Shown piece by piece: positions 19,979-32,037 of a stretch of 64,000 nt of DNA. The notes below the pieces were generated by a model. That model saw nothing but the letters and a program-made list of their open reading frames with translations. It ran no database searches and was not told the origin of the DNA. The stretch covers positions 416,001 through 480,000 of the forward strand of contig CAWCIZ010000002.1 in assembly GCA_963795855.1 (NCBI GenBank). Reading direction: 5' to 3'. The translations under genes were made by a program, and so were the position numbers. The DNA is from Vulcanimicrobiota bacterium. Lineage in GTDB: Bacteria > Vulcanimicrobiota > Vulcanimicrobiia > Vulcanimicrobiales > Vulcanimicrobiaceae. Position 1 is the first letter of the stretch; every line of letters begins with the position of its first letter.

Positions 19979-21130
19979 TCAGCCCATCGATGGTTCGCGG
20001 CGGCGGGACGAGCGCACGAAGTCTTCGATACGGGTCAAACCTTCGCGAAAACGCTCCGGAGGCGCCACCCACGAAAGGCGAAGCCAGCCGGAGAACGCTT
20101 CGCCGAAAGCGGCACCTGGTATCGCGATGACGTCGTAATCGTCGGCCAAGCGATGCGCGGCTGCAAGCGAATCAACGGCGTCCGGCAGTTGGACGCAAGC
20201 GTAAAACGCGCCGTCAGGCGCGATGAACCGCAGGCCACTCGCATTCAAAGCATCGAGAACCGCGCGCCGCTGTGACGAATACCAATCAGCATGCTCCGAA
20301 ATCCCTCCGGGCGTCGAAAAAATATGAAGTGCGACCTGCTGCGCGAACGTGTCGGCGCACGAGGTCAGCCACGCGTGCACCTTGACGACGTTACGCGCCA
20401 CTTCGACAGGCGCGAGCGCCCAGCCCAATCGCAGCCCAGTCAGCGCATTGCTCTTGCTCACGCTGTTCGTCACGATCGTATGCGGGTAGCATTCCGCGAA
20501 GTATCCCGGATCGTCGACGAATGTTTGCTCCCGGTAGATTTCGTCGTGCAAAACCCAGACCGGATCGCCGCCGCGGTGCAGCAGCGTTTCGCTCAAATGC
20601 GTGACGGCACTCGACGTGATGACCCGCGCGGTGGGATTACATGGCGAACAGATGACGATCATACGCGTTCGGCTGCCGGCGGCCGCGGCTATCAGCTCCG
20701 GATCGAACGCGAAATCGTCCTCTTCGCGCAGCGACACCTTTCGAACACCGACGCCCTCAAGCGCCGCCATCTTCGCGTACGACGGAAACGCCGGCTCGAC
20801 GACCAGTAGCTCGTCGCGCGCCGGATCGAGCACGGCTTTGATGACCGCGTAAGTCGCCTCTTGCGATCCGGTTGTAATGCAAACGTTTTCCGCAGCCGTC
20901 ATACGCGGATAGCGATAATGGGAAGCAATGGCCTCGCGCAAGACCGGATCGCCGGCATTCGTCGTGTAGCGTAATCCGCGCTCCAGCGCGTGACGCATTC
21001 CCGCTTCGAGATGCGCGGGGTTCGGCGCCAGCGACGGCTCGCCCAAGCCCAAGTCGATCGACGTTGCTTTGCGCTTGGCAGCGATTTCACGGATCAGCGA
21101 GCCCGATATGCCGTGGATTCTCGGATTCAT
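19979..21130 (-). CDS. PLP-dependent class I/II aminotransferase, probable N-succinyl-DAP aminotransferase
   Basis: LGLGEP, P.NPT, DEIY, SVSKS.ALTGLRLGW; translationally coupled to dapD. Confidence 0.88.
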   Translation of the reverse strand: MNPRIHGISGSLIREIAAKRKATSIDLGLGEPSLAPNPAHLEAGMRHALERGLRYTTNAGDPVLREAIASHYRYPRMTAAENVCITTGSQEATYAVIKAVLDPARDELLVVEPAFPSYAKMAALEGVGVRKVSLREEDDFAFDPELIAAAAGSRTRMIVICSPCNPTARVITSSAVTHLSETLLHRGGDPVWVLHDEIYREQTFVDDPGYFAECYPHTIVTNSVSKSNALTGLRLGWALAPVEVARNVVKVHAWLTSCADTFAQQVALHIFSTPGGISEHADWYSSQRRAVLDALNASGLRFIAPDGAFYACVQLPDAVDSLAAAHRLADDYDVIAIPGAAFGEAFSGWLRLSWVAPPERFREGLTRIEDFVRSSRRREPSMG

Positions 21131-21918
21131 ACCGCGACCTCGTAATCGCGCAGCGCCGCGTTTAGCGACGTCTTGCTATCCGTGGCTTCGTTGCGCGTGC
21201 CGATGATCAGCGCGCACGGCACACCGAACGTTCCGGCCGGAAATTCCTTCGGAATCACCCCGGGGATGACGACGCTGCGCGCCGGAACGGATCCCTTCGT
21301 CACCACCGGCTGCGCCCCGCGCGCATCGACGATCGGCGTGCTCGCGGTCAAGACGACGCCCGCGCCGATCACCGCTTCGCGTTCGACGCGAACCCCCTCC
21401 ACCACGATACAACGCGAACCGACGAAGGCGCCGTCTTCCACGATGACCGGCCGTGCCTGCGGCGGTTCGAGCACGCCGCCGATCCCAACGCCGCCCGATA
21501 GATGCACGTTTTTGCCGATTTGCGCGCAGGAGCCGACAGTAGCCCACGTGTCGACCATCGTGCCGTCGTCGACGTATGCGCCGACATTCACGTAGCCGGG
21601 CATCAGAATCGCCCCGCGGCCTAGGAAGCTGCCGTACCGCGCGACTCCGGGCGGGACGCAGCGCGCGCCGAGCCGTTCGTAATTCGTTTTCGTCGGCAGT
21701 TTGTCGTAGTACGTCGGGCCGCTTCCGCCGCCGAACGTGCGCGAGCCCCGCTGCGCGAAGTAGGCCAGGATCGCACGCTTGATCCAAGCGTGCGTTACCC
21801 AGCCTTCAGGGCCGGGTTCGGCAACGCGCAGGCGGCCCTCGTCGAGAGCCGCGATCACCTCGTCGACGGCATTTGCGTCGCCCGCGTCCACTCGCTCCTC
21901 GAGTTCCCGTACGTTCAT
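21127..21918 (-). CDS. dapD: tetrahydrodipicolinate N-succinyltransferase
   Basis: WIKRAIL.YF, YYDK, VDTWATVGSCAQIGKNVHLSGGVGIGGVLEP, KTSLN..LR. Confidence 0.96.
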   Translation of the reverse strand: MNVRELEERVDAGDANAVDEVIAALDEGRLRVAEPGPEGWVTHAWIKRAILAYFAQRGSRTFGGGSGPTYYDKLPTKTNYERLGARCVPPGVARYGSFLGRGAILMPGYVNVGAYVDDGTMVDTWATVGSCAQIGKNVHLSGGVGIGGVLEPPQARPVIVEDGAFVGSRCIVVEGVRVEREAVIGAGVVLTASTPIVDARGAQPVVTKGSVPARSVVIPGVIPKEFPAGTFGVPCALIIGTRNEATDSKTSLNAALRDYEVAV

Positions 21919-22063
21919 GACCGCGCGGTACGGCGCGGGCCGCCGCTCTTCCCGCACCTGCGCGCCAGGGGGCCGCTCGGCGCCGCGTCTGGAAGCGGGT
22001 AAAAAGCGTTCGTGAGACCGCTGCCCTTAGGGGTGAGCCGCGTCTATTTTCAAAGGAGAACCT

Positions 22064-24064
22064 GTGTCGAACACGCGCGACGACGAGCAACGCATAAACG
22101 CGATTCGTTTTCTTTCGGTGGATGCGGTCCAGAAAGCGAATTCCGGACATCCCGGAATGCCGCTCGGAGCGGCGGCGGCGGCATACACGCTTTGGACGCG
22201 GCACCTGCGTTTCAATCCGAAGGACCCGGCGTGGCCGAACCGCGACCGCTTCATTCTCAGCGCCGGCCACGCATCGATGCTGCTGTATTCGCTGCTGTAT
22301 TTGACGGGGTACGACGTTTCGCTCGAAGATCTCGAATCGTTCCGCCAGCTCGGCAGCAAAACGCCCGGACACCCCGAGGCGCATCACACACCAGGAGTCG
22401 AGGTCACGACGGGCCCGCTCGGACAAGGGTTCGGGAATGCAGTCGGGTTCGCAATCGCCGAAGCGCAGCTCGGCGCGACGTACAACCGCGACCAGACGAT
22501 CGTCGATCATTTCACCTACGTCATGTGCAGCGACGGCGACATGATGGAAGGCGTCAGTTCGGAAGCGGCCTCCATGGCCGGTCACCTGCAGCTCGGCAAA
22601 CTCATCGCGCTCTACGACGACAACAAAGTTTCGCTCGCCGCGAAAACCGAGGTCACGTTCACCGAGGACACCGGCATGCGCTTCGAGGCTTACGGCTGGC
22701 ACGTGCAGCGCGTCGATATCGATCACGGCAACGACGTCGAAACGCTCGATCGTGCGATCGGCGCGGCGAAGAGCGAGACGGGCAAACCGTCGCTCATCAT
22801 CGTACGCACGCACATCGGCTACGGTTCGCCCAAGCAAGACTCGTTCAAGTCGCACGGGGAACCGCTGGGGCCGGATGACGTCAAAGCCACCAAAGAAAAT
22901 CTCGGCTGGCCCCTCCAGCCGGCCTTCTACGTTCCCGACGACGTGCTCGCGTTCTACCGCAAGATCGGCGAGCGCGGCGCGGACCTGCAGACTGAATGGC
23001 AGCGCGCGTACGACGAGTGGAAGGGTGAGAACGCGCAGCTCGCGGCGCAGTGGGAGCGCGTGCTGAACAAGGGCGTCCCGCAAAACGTTCCGTGGCCGGC
23101 GATCACAAAGCAAAACGGCGACAACGTAGCCACGCGCGAGACCGGCGGGACGGTCATGAACGCAATCGCAAGCGCGGTGCCGGAACTGGTGGGCGGATCC
23201 GCAGATCTGGATCCCTCGACCAAGACGTACCTCAAAGATTGCGGCGACTTCCAGCCGGACAACTACGGCGGCCGCAACATTCATTACGGCGTTCGCGAGC
23301 ACGCGATGGCCGCGATCAACAATGGTCTTGCGCTGCATGGCGGGCTGCTGCCGTTCGGCGCGACGTTCCTGAACTTTTTGGATTACATGAAGGGCGCCGT
23401 TCGTTTGGCGTGCATCAATAAAGTGCGCTGCTATTACGTGCTGACGCACGATTCGGTGTTTCTGGGTGAAGACGGCCCGACGCACCAGCCGATCGAGCAT
23501 CTTGCCCACATGCGCGCGACCCCGAACCTGCTGATGATTCGCCCCGCCGACTCGCTGGAAACGCTCGAGGCGTGGAAGGTCATGATTCAGGCTCGCGAAG
23601 GGCCGTTTGCGCTCGTGCTCTCGCGGCAAAAACTGCCGTATCTGGGCGATCGCACCGCCGACGTCGCACGCGGGGCCTACATTCTGGCGGACACGGACGC
23701 AACGCCGGATCTGATCCTCATCGCCACCGGCTCGGAAGTTTCGCTCGCCGTGCAAGCGGCGCAGCTCCTCAAGGCCAAAGGCATGGAAACGCGCGTCGTC
23801 TCGATGCCCTGCTGGGAGCTTTTCCAAGCGCAGCCGCAGTCGTATCGCGATCGAGTGCTGCCGCCGGACGTCACCGCGCGCATGTCGATCGAAGCGGCGT
23901 CGACTTTGGGCTGGGAACGATGGGTCGGGTTGCGCGGGTACAGCTACGGCATCGATCACTTCGGAACGTCCGCACCGGCGGGCGACATCGCCAGGGAATA
24001 CGGGTTCACGCCCGAGCACGTCGCGCAGGTCGCGCAAGAACATTTCGCTACGGTCCGTCGATAG
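22064..24064 (+). CDS. tkt: transketolase
   Basis: [53 protein letters not shown]. Confidence 0.98.
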   Translation: MSNTRDDEQRINAIRFLSVDAVQKANSGHPGMPLGAAAAAYTLWTRHLRFNPKDPAWPNRDRFILSAGHASMLLYSLLYLTGYDVSLEDLESFRQLGSKTPGHPEAHHTPGVEVTTGPLGQGFGNAVGFAIAEAQLGATYNRDQTIVDHFTYVMCSDGDMMEGVSSEAASMAGHLQLGKLIALYDDNKVSLAAKTEVTFTEDTGMRFEAYGWHVQRVDIDHGNDVETLDRAIGAAKSETGKPSLIIVRTHIGYGSPKQDSFKSHGEPLGPDDVKATKENLGWPLQPAFYVPDDVLAFYRKIGERGADLQTEWQRAYDEWKGENAQLAAQWERVLNKGVPQNVPWPAITKQNGDNVATRETGGTVMNAIASAVPELVGGSADLDPSTKTYLKDCGDFQPDNYGGRNIHYGVREHAMAAINNGLALHGGLLPFGATFLNFLDYMKGAVRLACINKVRCYYVLTHDSVFLGEDGPTHQPIEHLAHMRATPNLLMIRPADSLETLEAWKVMIQAREGPFALVLSRQKLPYLGDRTADVARGAYILADTDATPDLILIATGSEVSLAVQAAQLLKAKGMETRVVSMPCWELFQAQPQSYRDRVLPPDVTARMSIEAASTLGWERWVGLRGYSYGIDHFGTSAPAGDIAREYGFTPEHVAQVAQEHFATVRR

Positions 24065-24076
24065 GGAGTAATCATC

Positions 24077-26921
24077 GTGAGTGGCCATCAACTGCAGCAA
24101 TTACTGGAAGCGGGACAGAGCGTTTGGCTCGACAACCTGCGCCGCGGCATGTTCGCATCGGGCGAGCTGCAGGCGCTGATCGACAAAGGCCTGCGCGGAA
24201 TGACCTCCAACCCGACGATTTTCGAAAAAGCAATCGGCGCGGGAAACGACTACGACGACCAATTGCGCTCGCTCATCGGCAAGCAGCGCGACGCAAGCGC
24301 GCTTTTCTGGGATCTCGCCATTCAGGATATTCAAAGCGCGTGCGACTTGTTCCGTAAGGTGTACGACGAGTCCGGCGGCAACGACGGCTTCGTCAGCCTC
24401 GAGGTCTCCCCGCTGCTCGCTCACGATACGCAAGGCACCATCGACATGGCGAAAGATCTCTGGAAGCGCCTGAACCGCCCGAACCTGATGGTGAAAATTC
24501 CCGGCACGAACGAGGGCGTGCCCGCGATCGAAGAGTGCATCGCCGAAGGCATCAACATCAACGTCACGCTGATCTTTGCCATCGAGATGTACGAGAAAAC
24601 CACTCGCGCCTTCATCCGCGGTCTGCAGCGCCGCATGGACAAAGGCCAGGACGTCTCGAAGGTTCGCTCCGTCAACAGCGTCTTCGTCAGTCGAATCGAC
24701 ACCGCGGTCGACAAGTTGCTCGAAGCCCGCATCGACAAAGGCGAGAAGCAACTGGAGAATCTGCTCGGCAAAGCCGGCACGGCGAATCTAAAACTCACGT
24801 ACCAAAAGTTTCTGGAAATTTGCTCATCCGATGAATGGAAAGCCGTCGCGGCGAAAGGCGCACGCCCGCAACGACCGCTTTGGGCGTCCACGTCGACGAA
24901 AAACCCGAAGTACTTCGATCTCATGTATATCGAACCGGTGGTCGGCCGCGACACCGTCAATACGATGCCGCCGCAAACGCTCGACGCGCTGCTGGATCAC
25001 GGCACCGTCGTCCCGGATACGGTACTCAAAGATTTGGACGAAGCACGGGCCACGGTCAAGCAGACTCGGCGACGCGAACATCTCGCTCTTCGAGGTGACG
25101 TATCAGCTGCAAGTGGAAGGCGTCCGCCTGTTCAGCGACTCGTTCGCCGCGCTGCTCGGCGCCATCGTCTACAAACAGAAACAACTCAGTTCCGGCGCCG
25201 AGCGCGTTTCGCTTTCGCTGGGCCGTTATTCCGACGCGTATTCGAGCGCGCTCAAAGAACTGGCCGACCGCGACTTCCTGAAGAAGCTCTGGGCAAAAGA
25301 CGCGTCGCTTTGGTCAACCGACCCGCAGCACGTGGAGATCATTAAAAAAGCGCTGGGATGGCTGGACGTTCCGCAGCATTTGCTCGAAGAAGTCGCCAAC
25401 CTTCAACGCTTCGCAAAAGAGATCGCGGCGGAATTCGCGCATGTGGTCGTGCTCGGCATGGGCGGCAGCTCGCTCGCTCCCGACATAATGCGTGAAACGT
25501 TCGGCAAAGCCGAAGGCCGCCCGCAGCTTCACGTCCTCGACTCGACCGATCCGCAGCAGATTCGCACGCTGGAATCGCAAATCGAAATCGATCGCACGCT
25601 CTTCATCGTCGCCAGCAAGAGCGGCACGACGACGGAGCCCGATGCGTTCTACCGCTTCTTCTGCGAACGCGTCAGCAAAGCGGTCGGCGCGAACAACTGC
25701 GGAAGGCGTTTCGTCGCGATTACCGATCCGGGAACCGAACTCGAAACCGAGGCCAAATCGCAAGGCTTCCGCGCCTGTTTCCTCAACGATCCGACGATCG
25801 GCGGACGCTACTCCGCGCTCTCGTTTTTCGGCATGGTGCCGGCGGCGCTGGCTGGATACGACGTCAACTTGCTGCTCGATCGCGGGCTCGGGGCAATGCA
25901 CGCGAACGACAAGACGGTGCCGGTTCCGAACGCGCCCGGGGCAAAATTTGGAGCCGCCATCGGAGCGCTCGCGCGGGAAGGCCGCGACAAACTGACGATC
26001 GTCGCGCATCCGTCAATACGCGCCTTCGGAGCGTGGGCGGAACAACTGATCGCCGAGTCCACCGGCAAGATGGGGCGCGGCATCCTGCCGGTCGAAGGTG
26101 AAGCGCTCGGCGATCCCGGCGAATACGGAAACGATCGCGTGTTCGTCTATGTCGGCGCGAATTTGCCGAACCCCGACCGCGGAACCGACGAGAAGCTGCG
26201 CGCGTTGGAAGGTGCGGGTCATCCCGTAATTCGACTGGCGATGAATGACGCGTATGACGTCGGCGAGCAGTTCTACCTCTGGGAGGTAGCGACGGCGGCG
26301 GCGGGATCGCTGATCGGCATCGACGCCTTCGATCAGCCCAACGTGCAAGAATCGAAGGACAACACGAAAGCGCTCCTTGCGCAATACGCCTCGAAGGGCA
26401 GCTTCGAGGAACCGGCCGCGAATCTCGCGACCGACGCATTCGACTTCACCTTCTTGTCCGGCTCGAAGACGATCGCCGGAAAAGACGCGCCCGCCGCATT
26501 AGCAGCGCTGTTCAACGAAGTTCGAGACGGCGACTACGTCGCATTTTGCGCGTACGTCGAACGCAACGGCGAACACGCGCGGCTGCTCGACGACATGCGG
26601 CTGAAGATCCGTGACGCGCGCAAGTGCGCGACGACCCTCGGCTTCGGTCCACGTTTCCTGCATTCGACCGGTCAAGAGCACAAGGGCGGTCCCGATACCG
26701 GCGTTTTCGTACAAATCACGGCCGACTCACCGTTCGATTTGCCGATCCCCGGCATGAACGTGGGCTTCCGCACGTTGATCGCCGCACAGGCGCTCGGCGA
26801 TTTTCAGTCACTCGACAAACGCAGACGCCGCGGCGTTCGCGTTCACGTCAAGGGCGATCTGGAACGCGGTCTGAACGCCTTGAACGCCGCAATCGACGAC
26901 GCGCTGACTGCGAAAGCATAG
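24077..26921 (+). CDS. tal-pgi: bifunctional transaldolase / glucose-6-phosphate isomerase (frameshift near 25064)
   Basis: GQSVWLD, TSNPTIF, VKIP, RPLWAST; then LGMGGSSL, SKSG.T.E, IGGRYSALS, EQL.AESTGK, FDQPNVQESK. Confidence 0.93.
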
Positions 26922-26922
26922 C

Positions 26923-27824
26923 ATGCAGATAGGAATGGTCGGGCTCGGACGCATGGGCGCGAACATGACCGAGCGGCTGATGAAGGGCGGCCATAGTGTC
27001 GTCGCCTTCGACCGGAGCGCGGAAGCGGTTGCGCGCGGTGGCAAGTATCGGCGCGACGGCCGCGGGAACGCTTTCCGATCTCGTCGCCAAGCTCGACGGC
27101 AAACCGAAAGTCGTGTGGATCATGGTGCCCGCGGGCAAGCCGACGGACGACACGATCGACGAACTCATCGCGCTGCTCGGAAAAGGCGATGCGATCGTCG
27201 ACGGCGGCAACACGAACTGGAAAGACGGTTTGGCCGCATACGAGCGATGCAAAGCCAAGGGCGTCGAACTGGTCGACGCCGGAACCAGCGGCGGCGTCTG
27301 GGGTCTGAAAGAGGGTTACTGCCTGATGGTCGGCGGCACGGACGCCGCAGTGAAAGCGTGCGAACCGGCATTTCTCACGCTGGCGCCCTCCCGGCGGTTA
27401 CGCTCACGTCGGCCCGCCCGGCGCGGGTCACTTTTCGAAGATGGCGCACAACGGCATCGAATACGGCCTGCTGCAAGCGTACGGCGAGGGATTCGAAATC
27501 CTGCGCACCTCGCCGTTCAAGTACGATCTGCATCAACTCGCCTCGATCTGGCGATACGGCAGCGTGATTCGTTCCTGGCTGCTCGATCTCGCCGTGCTCG
27601 CGTTCGAGCAAGACCCCGATCTCGAGAAGATTCGCGGCTGGGTCGACGATACGGGCGAAGGCCGCTGGACCGTGCAGGCGGCGATCGATCAAAACGTTCC
27701 CGCGCCAGTCATCACTCTCTCGCTGCTGGCTCGTTTCGCGTCGCGTCAGGACGAGTCGTACAGCGCAAAAGTGATCGCGGCGCTGCGCAATCAATTCGGC
27801 GGACACGCCGTGAAGGCGGAATGA
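26923..27824 (+). CDS. gnd: 6-phosphogluconate dehydrogenase (decarboxylating, short type); frameshifts near 27040 and 27390
   Basis: GLGRMG, MVPAG, DGGN, DAGTSGGVWG, GHF.KM.HNGIEYG, GEGRWT, ALRNQFGGHAV. Confidence 0.93.
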
Positions 27825-27831
27825 ATCAGGC

Positions 27832-29394
27832 ATGACCACGAGTACTCCGGCGCAGGCCGGCAACGGCGTCGCGCAAATTTCGGTCAACCCGCTGCGCGCG
27901 GGCATCGAGAGCAGCCGCGTTTCCGATCCCTGTACCATCGTGTTTTTCGGCGCAAGCGGCGATTTGTTCAAACGCATGCTTATGCCGGCGATCTATAATC
28001 TGCGCTTGAACGACATCTTGCCAGCGAACTTCGGGCTCATCGGTTTTGCGCGCACGCAGTACACCGACGAGCAGTTTCGCGAGTACTGCAAACAGTGCGT
28101 GGACGAGTTCTCCCGGTCGGGCCCCGTCAAGGACTCGCTCTGGAACGACTTGGCGCAGCGCATCAGTTACATCACGGCAAATTTCGACGACACGTCGCAT
28201 TTCGAAGCGCTCGCCAAACGGCTCGACGAGTACGAGCAGCAGTTCGGCGCGGGACGAAACCGCCTCTATTATCTGTCCACGCCGCCCTCGGTCTTTCCGA
28301 AAATCATCGCGCAGCTCAAACATGCGAAACTGGATCCCGCGAACAATTCGAAGGGCTGGAGCCGCATCATCGTCGAGAAGCCATTCGGAACGGATCTCGC
28401 TTCCGCGCAAGCGCTGCAGGCCGAAGTCGAAAAAGTCTTCAACGAAAATCAGGTCTACCGCATCGATCACTATTTGGGCAAAGAGACCGTGCAGGACATC
28501 ATGGCTCTGCGCTTTGCCAACACCATCTTCGAGCCGATATGGACGAGAAACTACGTGCAGTCGGTCCAAATCACCGCCGCCGAAACGCTCGGCGTCGAAG
28601 GCCGCGGCGGCTATTACGACAACGCCGGCGCGCTGCGCGACATGATTCAGAACCACGTGATGAACCTGCTCGCCCTGGTGGCGATGGAACCGCCGGCAAG
28701 TTCGGACGCCGATGCGATTCGTAACGAAAAGTACAAGGTGTTCTCGGCTATCGAGCCGCCGGCTCCCGAAGAAGTATTCCAGATGGGCGTGCGCGGCCAG
28801 TACGACGCCGGCACCATTGGCGGTCAGGCGGTTCCCGCATATCGCAGCGAACCGGACGTGCGTCCCGATTCGAACACCGAAACGTACGCAGCGCTCAAAT
28901 TGAACATCAACAACTGGCGGTGGGCCGGCGTGCCGTTCTACGTCCGCAGCGGCAAGCGCCTTGCGCGCAAGGTTTCCGAGATCGCGATTACGTTCAGCCA
29001 GATACCGCACCGGCTTTTCGGCGAAAAAAGCGACACCATCGAGCAGAACGTCCTCGTCATAAAAATTCAGCCGGACGAAGGCATCTCCATGCGCTTCAAC
29101 GCGAAGGTTCCCGGTCAAAAAAATCACATTCGCAGCGTGACGATGGACTTCAACTACGGCACCGGCTTCGGCGTGCAGTCTGCGCCCGCGTACGAACGGC
29201 TGATCGCGGACGCGATGCGAGGCGATGCCACGCTCTTCACGCGTTGGGACGCCGTCGAGCGCGCTTGGGAGATCGTCATGCCGGTTCTCGAGGTGTGGCA
29301 GTCCATCAAGGATCGCGCCTTCCCGAACTATGCGGCCGGCAGCGACGGCCCGCAGGCGGCGCACGCGCTGAACGCCGGGTGGCGCCCGCTGTGA
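27832..29394 (+). CDS. zwf: glucose-6-phosphate 1-dehydrogenase
   Basis: FGASGDL, EKPFG, YRIDHYLGKETVQ, RDMIQNH, RWAGVPFY.RSGK. Confidence 0.98.
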   Translation: MTTSTPAQAGNGVAQISVNPLRAGIESSRVSDPCTIVFFGASGDLFKRMLMPAIYNLRLNDILPANFGLIGFARTQYTDEQFREYCKQCVDEFSRSGPVKDSLWNDLAQRISYITANFDDTSHFEALAKRLDEYEQQFGAGRNRLYYLSTPPSVFPKIIAQLKHAKLDPANNSKGWSRIIVEKPFGTDLASAQALQAEVEKVFNENQVYRIDHYLGKETVQDIMALRFANTIFEPIWTRNYVQSVQITAAETLGVEGRGGYYDNAGALRDMIQNHVMNLLALVAMEPPASSDADAIRNEKYKVFSAIEPPAPEEVFQMGVRGQYDAGTIGGQAVPAYRSEPDVRPDSNTETYAALKLNINNWRWAGVPFYVRSGKRLARKVSEIAITFSQIPHRLFGEKSDTIEQNVLVIKIQPDEGISMRFNAKVPGQKNHIRSVTMDFNYGTGFGVQSAPAYERLIADAMRGDATLFTRWDAVERAWEIVMPVLEVWQSIKDRAFPNYAAGSDGPQAAHALNAGWRPL

Positions 29395-30367
29395 GCGGAC
29401 CAAGCGTCGACGATCTCCTCGATGCGCTCGCGCGGGAGCGGCGGGATCGCGGCGGCGTCTCGACGACGTCGCTCAACGTCGTCGCGTTCGTCGAAAACAA
29501 CGACGACTTGCTGCGCTGGATGCGCGAGAGCAGCGAGGAGTTCGCGCAAGCGCGCGGGTTCCGCGTCATTCTGCTCGACGGTTCGAGCGCTCCCGCGAGC
29601 CATGCAGTGCGCACGCACTGCCACGTGCAAATCGGCGCGCGCGGCGTCCCCGCGCCAGAACTGCGATCCGTCGTCCACGATCTGCTCGTCGCGAACGTTC
29701 GCAGCGTCATGCTTTGGGCCGGTACTCACGTGCAGGACGATCGCTTCTGCGCACTTGCGGACCTGGCCGAGGCGGTCGTGCTGTTCAGCCCTGCCGGAAA
29801 CGCCGCCGTGCAGTCGCTGCGGGAACTCGCGCAGGCTCGAAAGCTCGCCGATCGCCCCGCGTATCCGCGACCTCGCCTACATGCGTCTGCTGGCGTGGCA
29901 GGACCTCACCGCGCAATTCTTCGACGAGCCCGATCTCGCCGCCGAACTTCCCGCGATTCGCCGCGTCGAGATTGTGAGCGGCTCGGAGCCGGAAGCGTAT
30001 TATCTGGCGGCTTGGCTTGCGAGCCGTTTGGGGTGGGAGCCCTGCGGCAGAGCTGGAGTTCTGCGCCGCCGACGGCAGCGCGATCGAGATCGACTTTCGA
30101 AAGAGCGGCGTACCGCGCCGCGTCGGCGCCATCCGGCTGCACTCCGCGTCGTGCGCCTTCGGCATCGAAATTTCTCCGGATGCTGCCGATCTGATCTGCT
30201 TGACGGTCGAAGGGCGCAAGAAGCGCGCGCCGCGCTGCGTGCCGCTGCACGACGTCGATATCGTGTCGCTCGTGGAACGCGCGATCTTTTCCGCACCGGA
30301 CGGCGGCGTGTATCTCGAAACGCTCGGGTTGCTCCGGCGCTTGTTCGAATTCGCCGGGCCGCGATGA
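29391..30367 (+). CDS. opcA: G6PDH assembly protein OpcA (frameshifts near 29840 and 30050)
   Basis: Lies between zwf and pgl; DLAY.RL..W....AQFFD and WLASRLGW motifs. Confidence 0.85.
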
Positions 30368-31107
30368 ACGAACGCAACGCCGGGGATCTGCGAATCTTTC
30401 CGACGCCGGGGGATTTAGCGGAGGGTCTCGCGGATGCTTTCGTCGAGAACGCGGACGGCGCGATTGCGGAACACGGAGCGTTCTTCGTGGCGCTCGCGGG
30501 AGGTACGACGCCGAAAAACGCCTACGAGTTGCTCGCTCGCGAGCCGCGGCGCAGTCAGGTCGACTGGAATCACGTGTTCGTCTATTTCGGTGACGAACGC
30601 TGCGTGCCGCCGGACGACGGCGAGTCGAACTACAAAATGGCGCGCGATGCGTTTATCACGGCGGTGAACCTGCCCGAGGATCACGTCAACCGCATGCACG
30701 GCGAAGAGGACCCGCTGCAGGCGGCGCGCAGCTATGCCGAGCTTCTGATTCAAACGATGGGGGATCTGCCGCGCTTCGACTTGGTGATGCTCGGCATGGG
30801 CGCGGACGGACACACGGCCTCGCTGTTCCCGGGGACCGATCCCCTTGCCGACAACGACCGGCTCGTGCGCGCGCCTTACGTCGCGAAGCTCGCAACGTAC
30901 CGCATTTCCATCACACCGCTCGTCATCAACAACGCACGACACGTCATCGTCGCGACCGAAGGCCTGCAGAAAGCACCGGCACTCTACGCGGTTCGCGAAG
31001 GGCCTTACGAGCCGGTGACGCATCCGGTTCAGATCGTCTCGCCGTCGAACGGACGTCTGAGCTGGTTCGTCGATCGCGCCGCCGCGGCCGAACTCGCCGA
31101 TCGCTGA
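30364..31107 (+). CDS. pgl: 6-phosphogluconolactonase
   Basis: LAGGTTP, FGDERCVPPD...SN, LGMG.DGHTASLFP. Confidence 0.96.
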   Translation: MNERNAGDLRIFPTPGDLAEGLADAFVENADGAIAEHGAFFVALAGGTTPKNAYELLAREPRRSQVDWNHVFVYFGDERCVPPDDGESNYKMARDAFITAVNLPEDHVNRMHGEEDPLQAARSYAELLIQTMGDLPRFDLVMLGMGADGHTASLFPGTDPLADNDRLVRAPYVAKLATYRISITPLVINNARHVIVATEGLQKAPALYAVREGPYEPVTHPVQIVSPSNGRLSWFVDRAAAAELADR

Positions 31108-31111
31108 ACGC

Positions 31112-31912
31112 GTGCGCCGCGAAACATTTGCGCAGGCTTCGCTCGATGCCGCAGCCGCCGCACTCAATCGCGTCTTCGAACAATACGTCGTTCCCGTCGC
31201 GTTCGCGCCGGAACAGCTGCGCTTGCACATGCTCTACAACGACGTCGACGCATCGGCATCGCCGCTTTGGTACGATGACGAAGGCAATCTGATGGCCGCG
31301 GCACTGCTTGCGCTGCGCGGCGTGCGCGCCTGGATCGGCGGATTCGGCGTCGCGCCGGACTTTCGGGGCCGCGGATACGCGAAGGCCCTGGTAAGCACGC
31401 TCGCGGATTGGGCGCGCGAACGCGGCGCGAAGCAGATGCAGCTGGAAGTGCTCGCGCAGAACGATCCCGCGATCGAAGTCTACCGCGGCGCCGGTTTCGA
31501 AACGACCCGAACGCTCCACTCGTTCCAGCGCAGCATCGCGGAGCCGCGCATGCCGCGCGGGTTCGCTCCCAGCGAGGTGGGCGGTTGGCTCGATGCTCAC
31601 GAGATCGGCGAGCCGTGCTGGCAGCGCGAGCGCCGCACGCTGCGCAACGGCGCGGTTACCGCGAGCGTCTCCGACACGGACGGAAATTATGCGCTGTTCC
31701 GCTCGAACGCGCAGACGGCGCAAGTGCTCGAGTTGCATGCAGCAAATCCGGCGGCGCTCGATTGGCTCGCGCTAGCCGTTTCTGCGTACGGCGAATGCGC
31801 CGGCGTGCTCATCCTCAACGAACCGGAAGACAGCCGTATTTCGGCATATGCGCGAACGGCCCGCTGGAGCGAGCCGTTCGTACAGTATGAAATGATACTT
31901 CGATTAAAATGA
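31112..31912 (+). CDS. GNAT family N-acetyltransferase
   Basis: GVAPDFRGRG, LEV..QN..A...Y...GF. Confidence 0.88.
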   Translation: MRRETFAQASLDAAAAALNRVFEQYVVPVAFAPEQLRLHMLYNDVDASASPLWYDDEGNLMAAALLALRGVRAWIGGFGVAPDFRGRGYAKALVSTLADWARERGAKQMQLEVLAQNDPAIEVYRGAGFETTRTLHSFQRSIAEPRMPRGFAPSEVGGWLDAHEIGEPCWQRERRTLRNGAVTASVSDTDGNYALFRSNAQTAQVLELHAANPAALDWLALAVSAYGECAGVLILNEPEDSRISAYARTARWSEPFVQYEMILRLK

Positions 31913-32037
31913 CGTGCGCGGCGGGCGCCGGTTCCAGCGTTCCAGTTCCCGCGTGTACAGCACGGCGCTGCGCTCTTGCAGCTTTTGCTGAGAAAGTTTG
32001 GAGAGGCGCACGCGGGCGACTACGGTTGTTTTATTTT

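Noticed and set aside
21806..24100. Long antisense or alternate-frame ORFs (e.g. 764 aa opposite tkt, 603 aa opposite pccB, 563 aa opposite hutUH)
   Set aside because: Shadow ORFs typical of high-GC genes; they overlap well-supported CDSs and have no recognisable motifs
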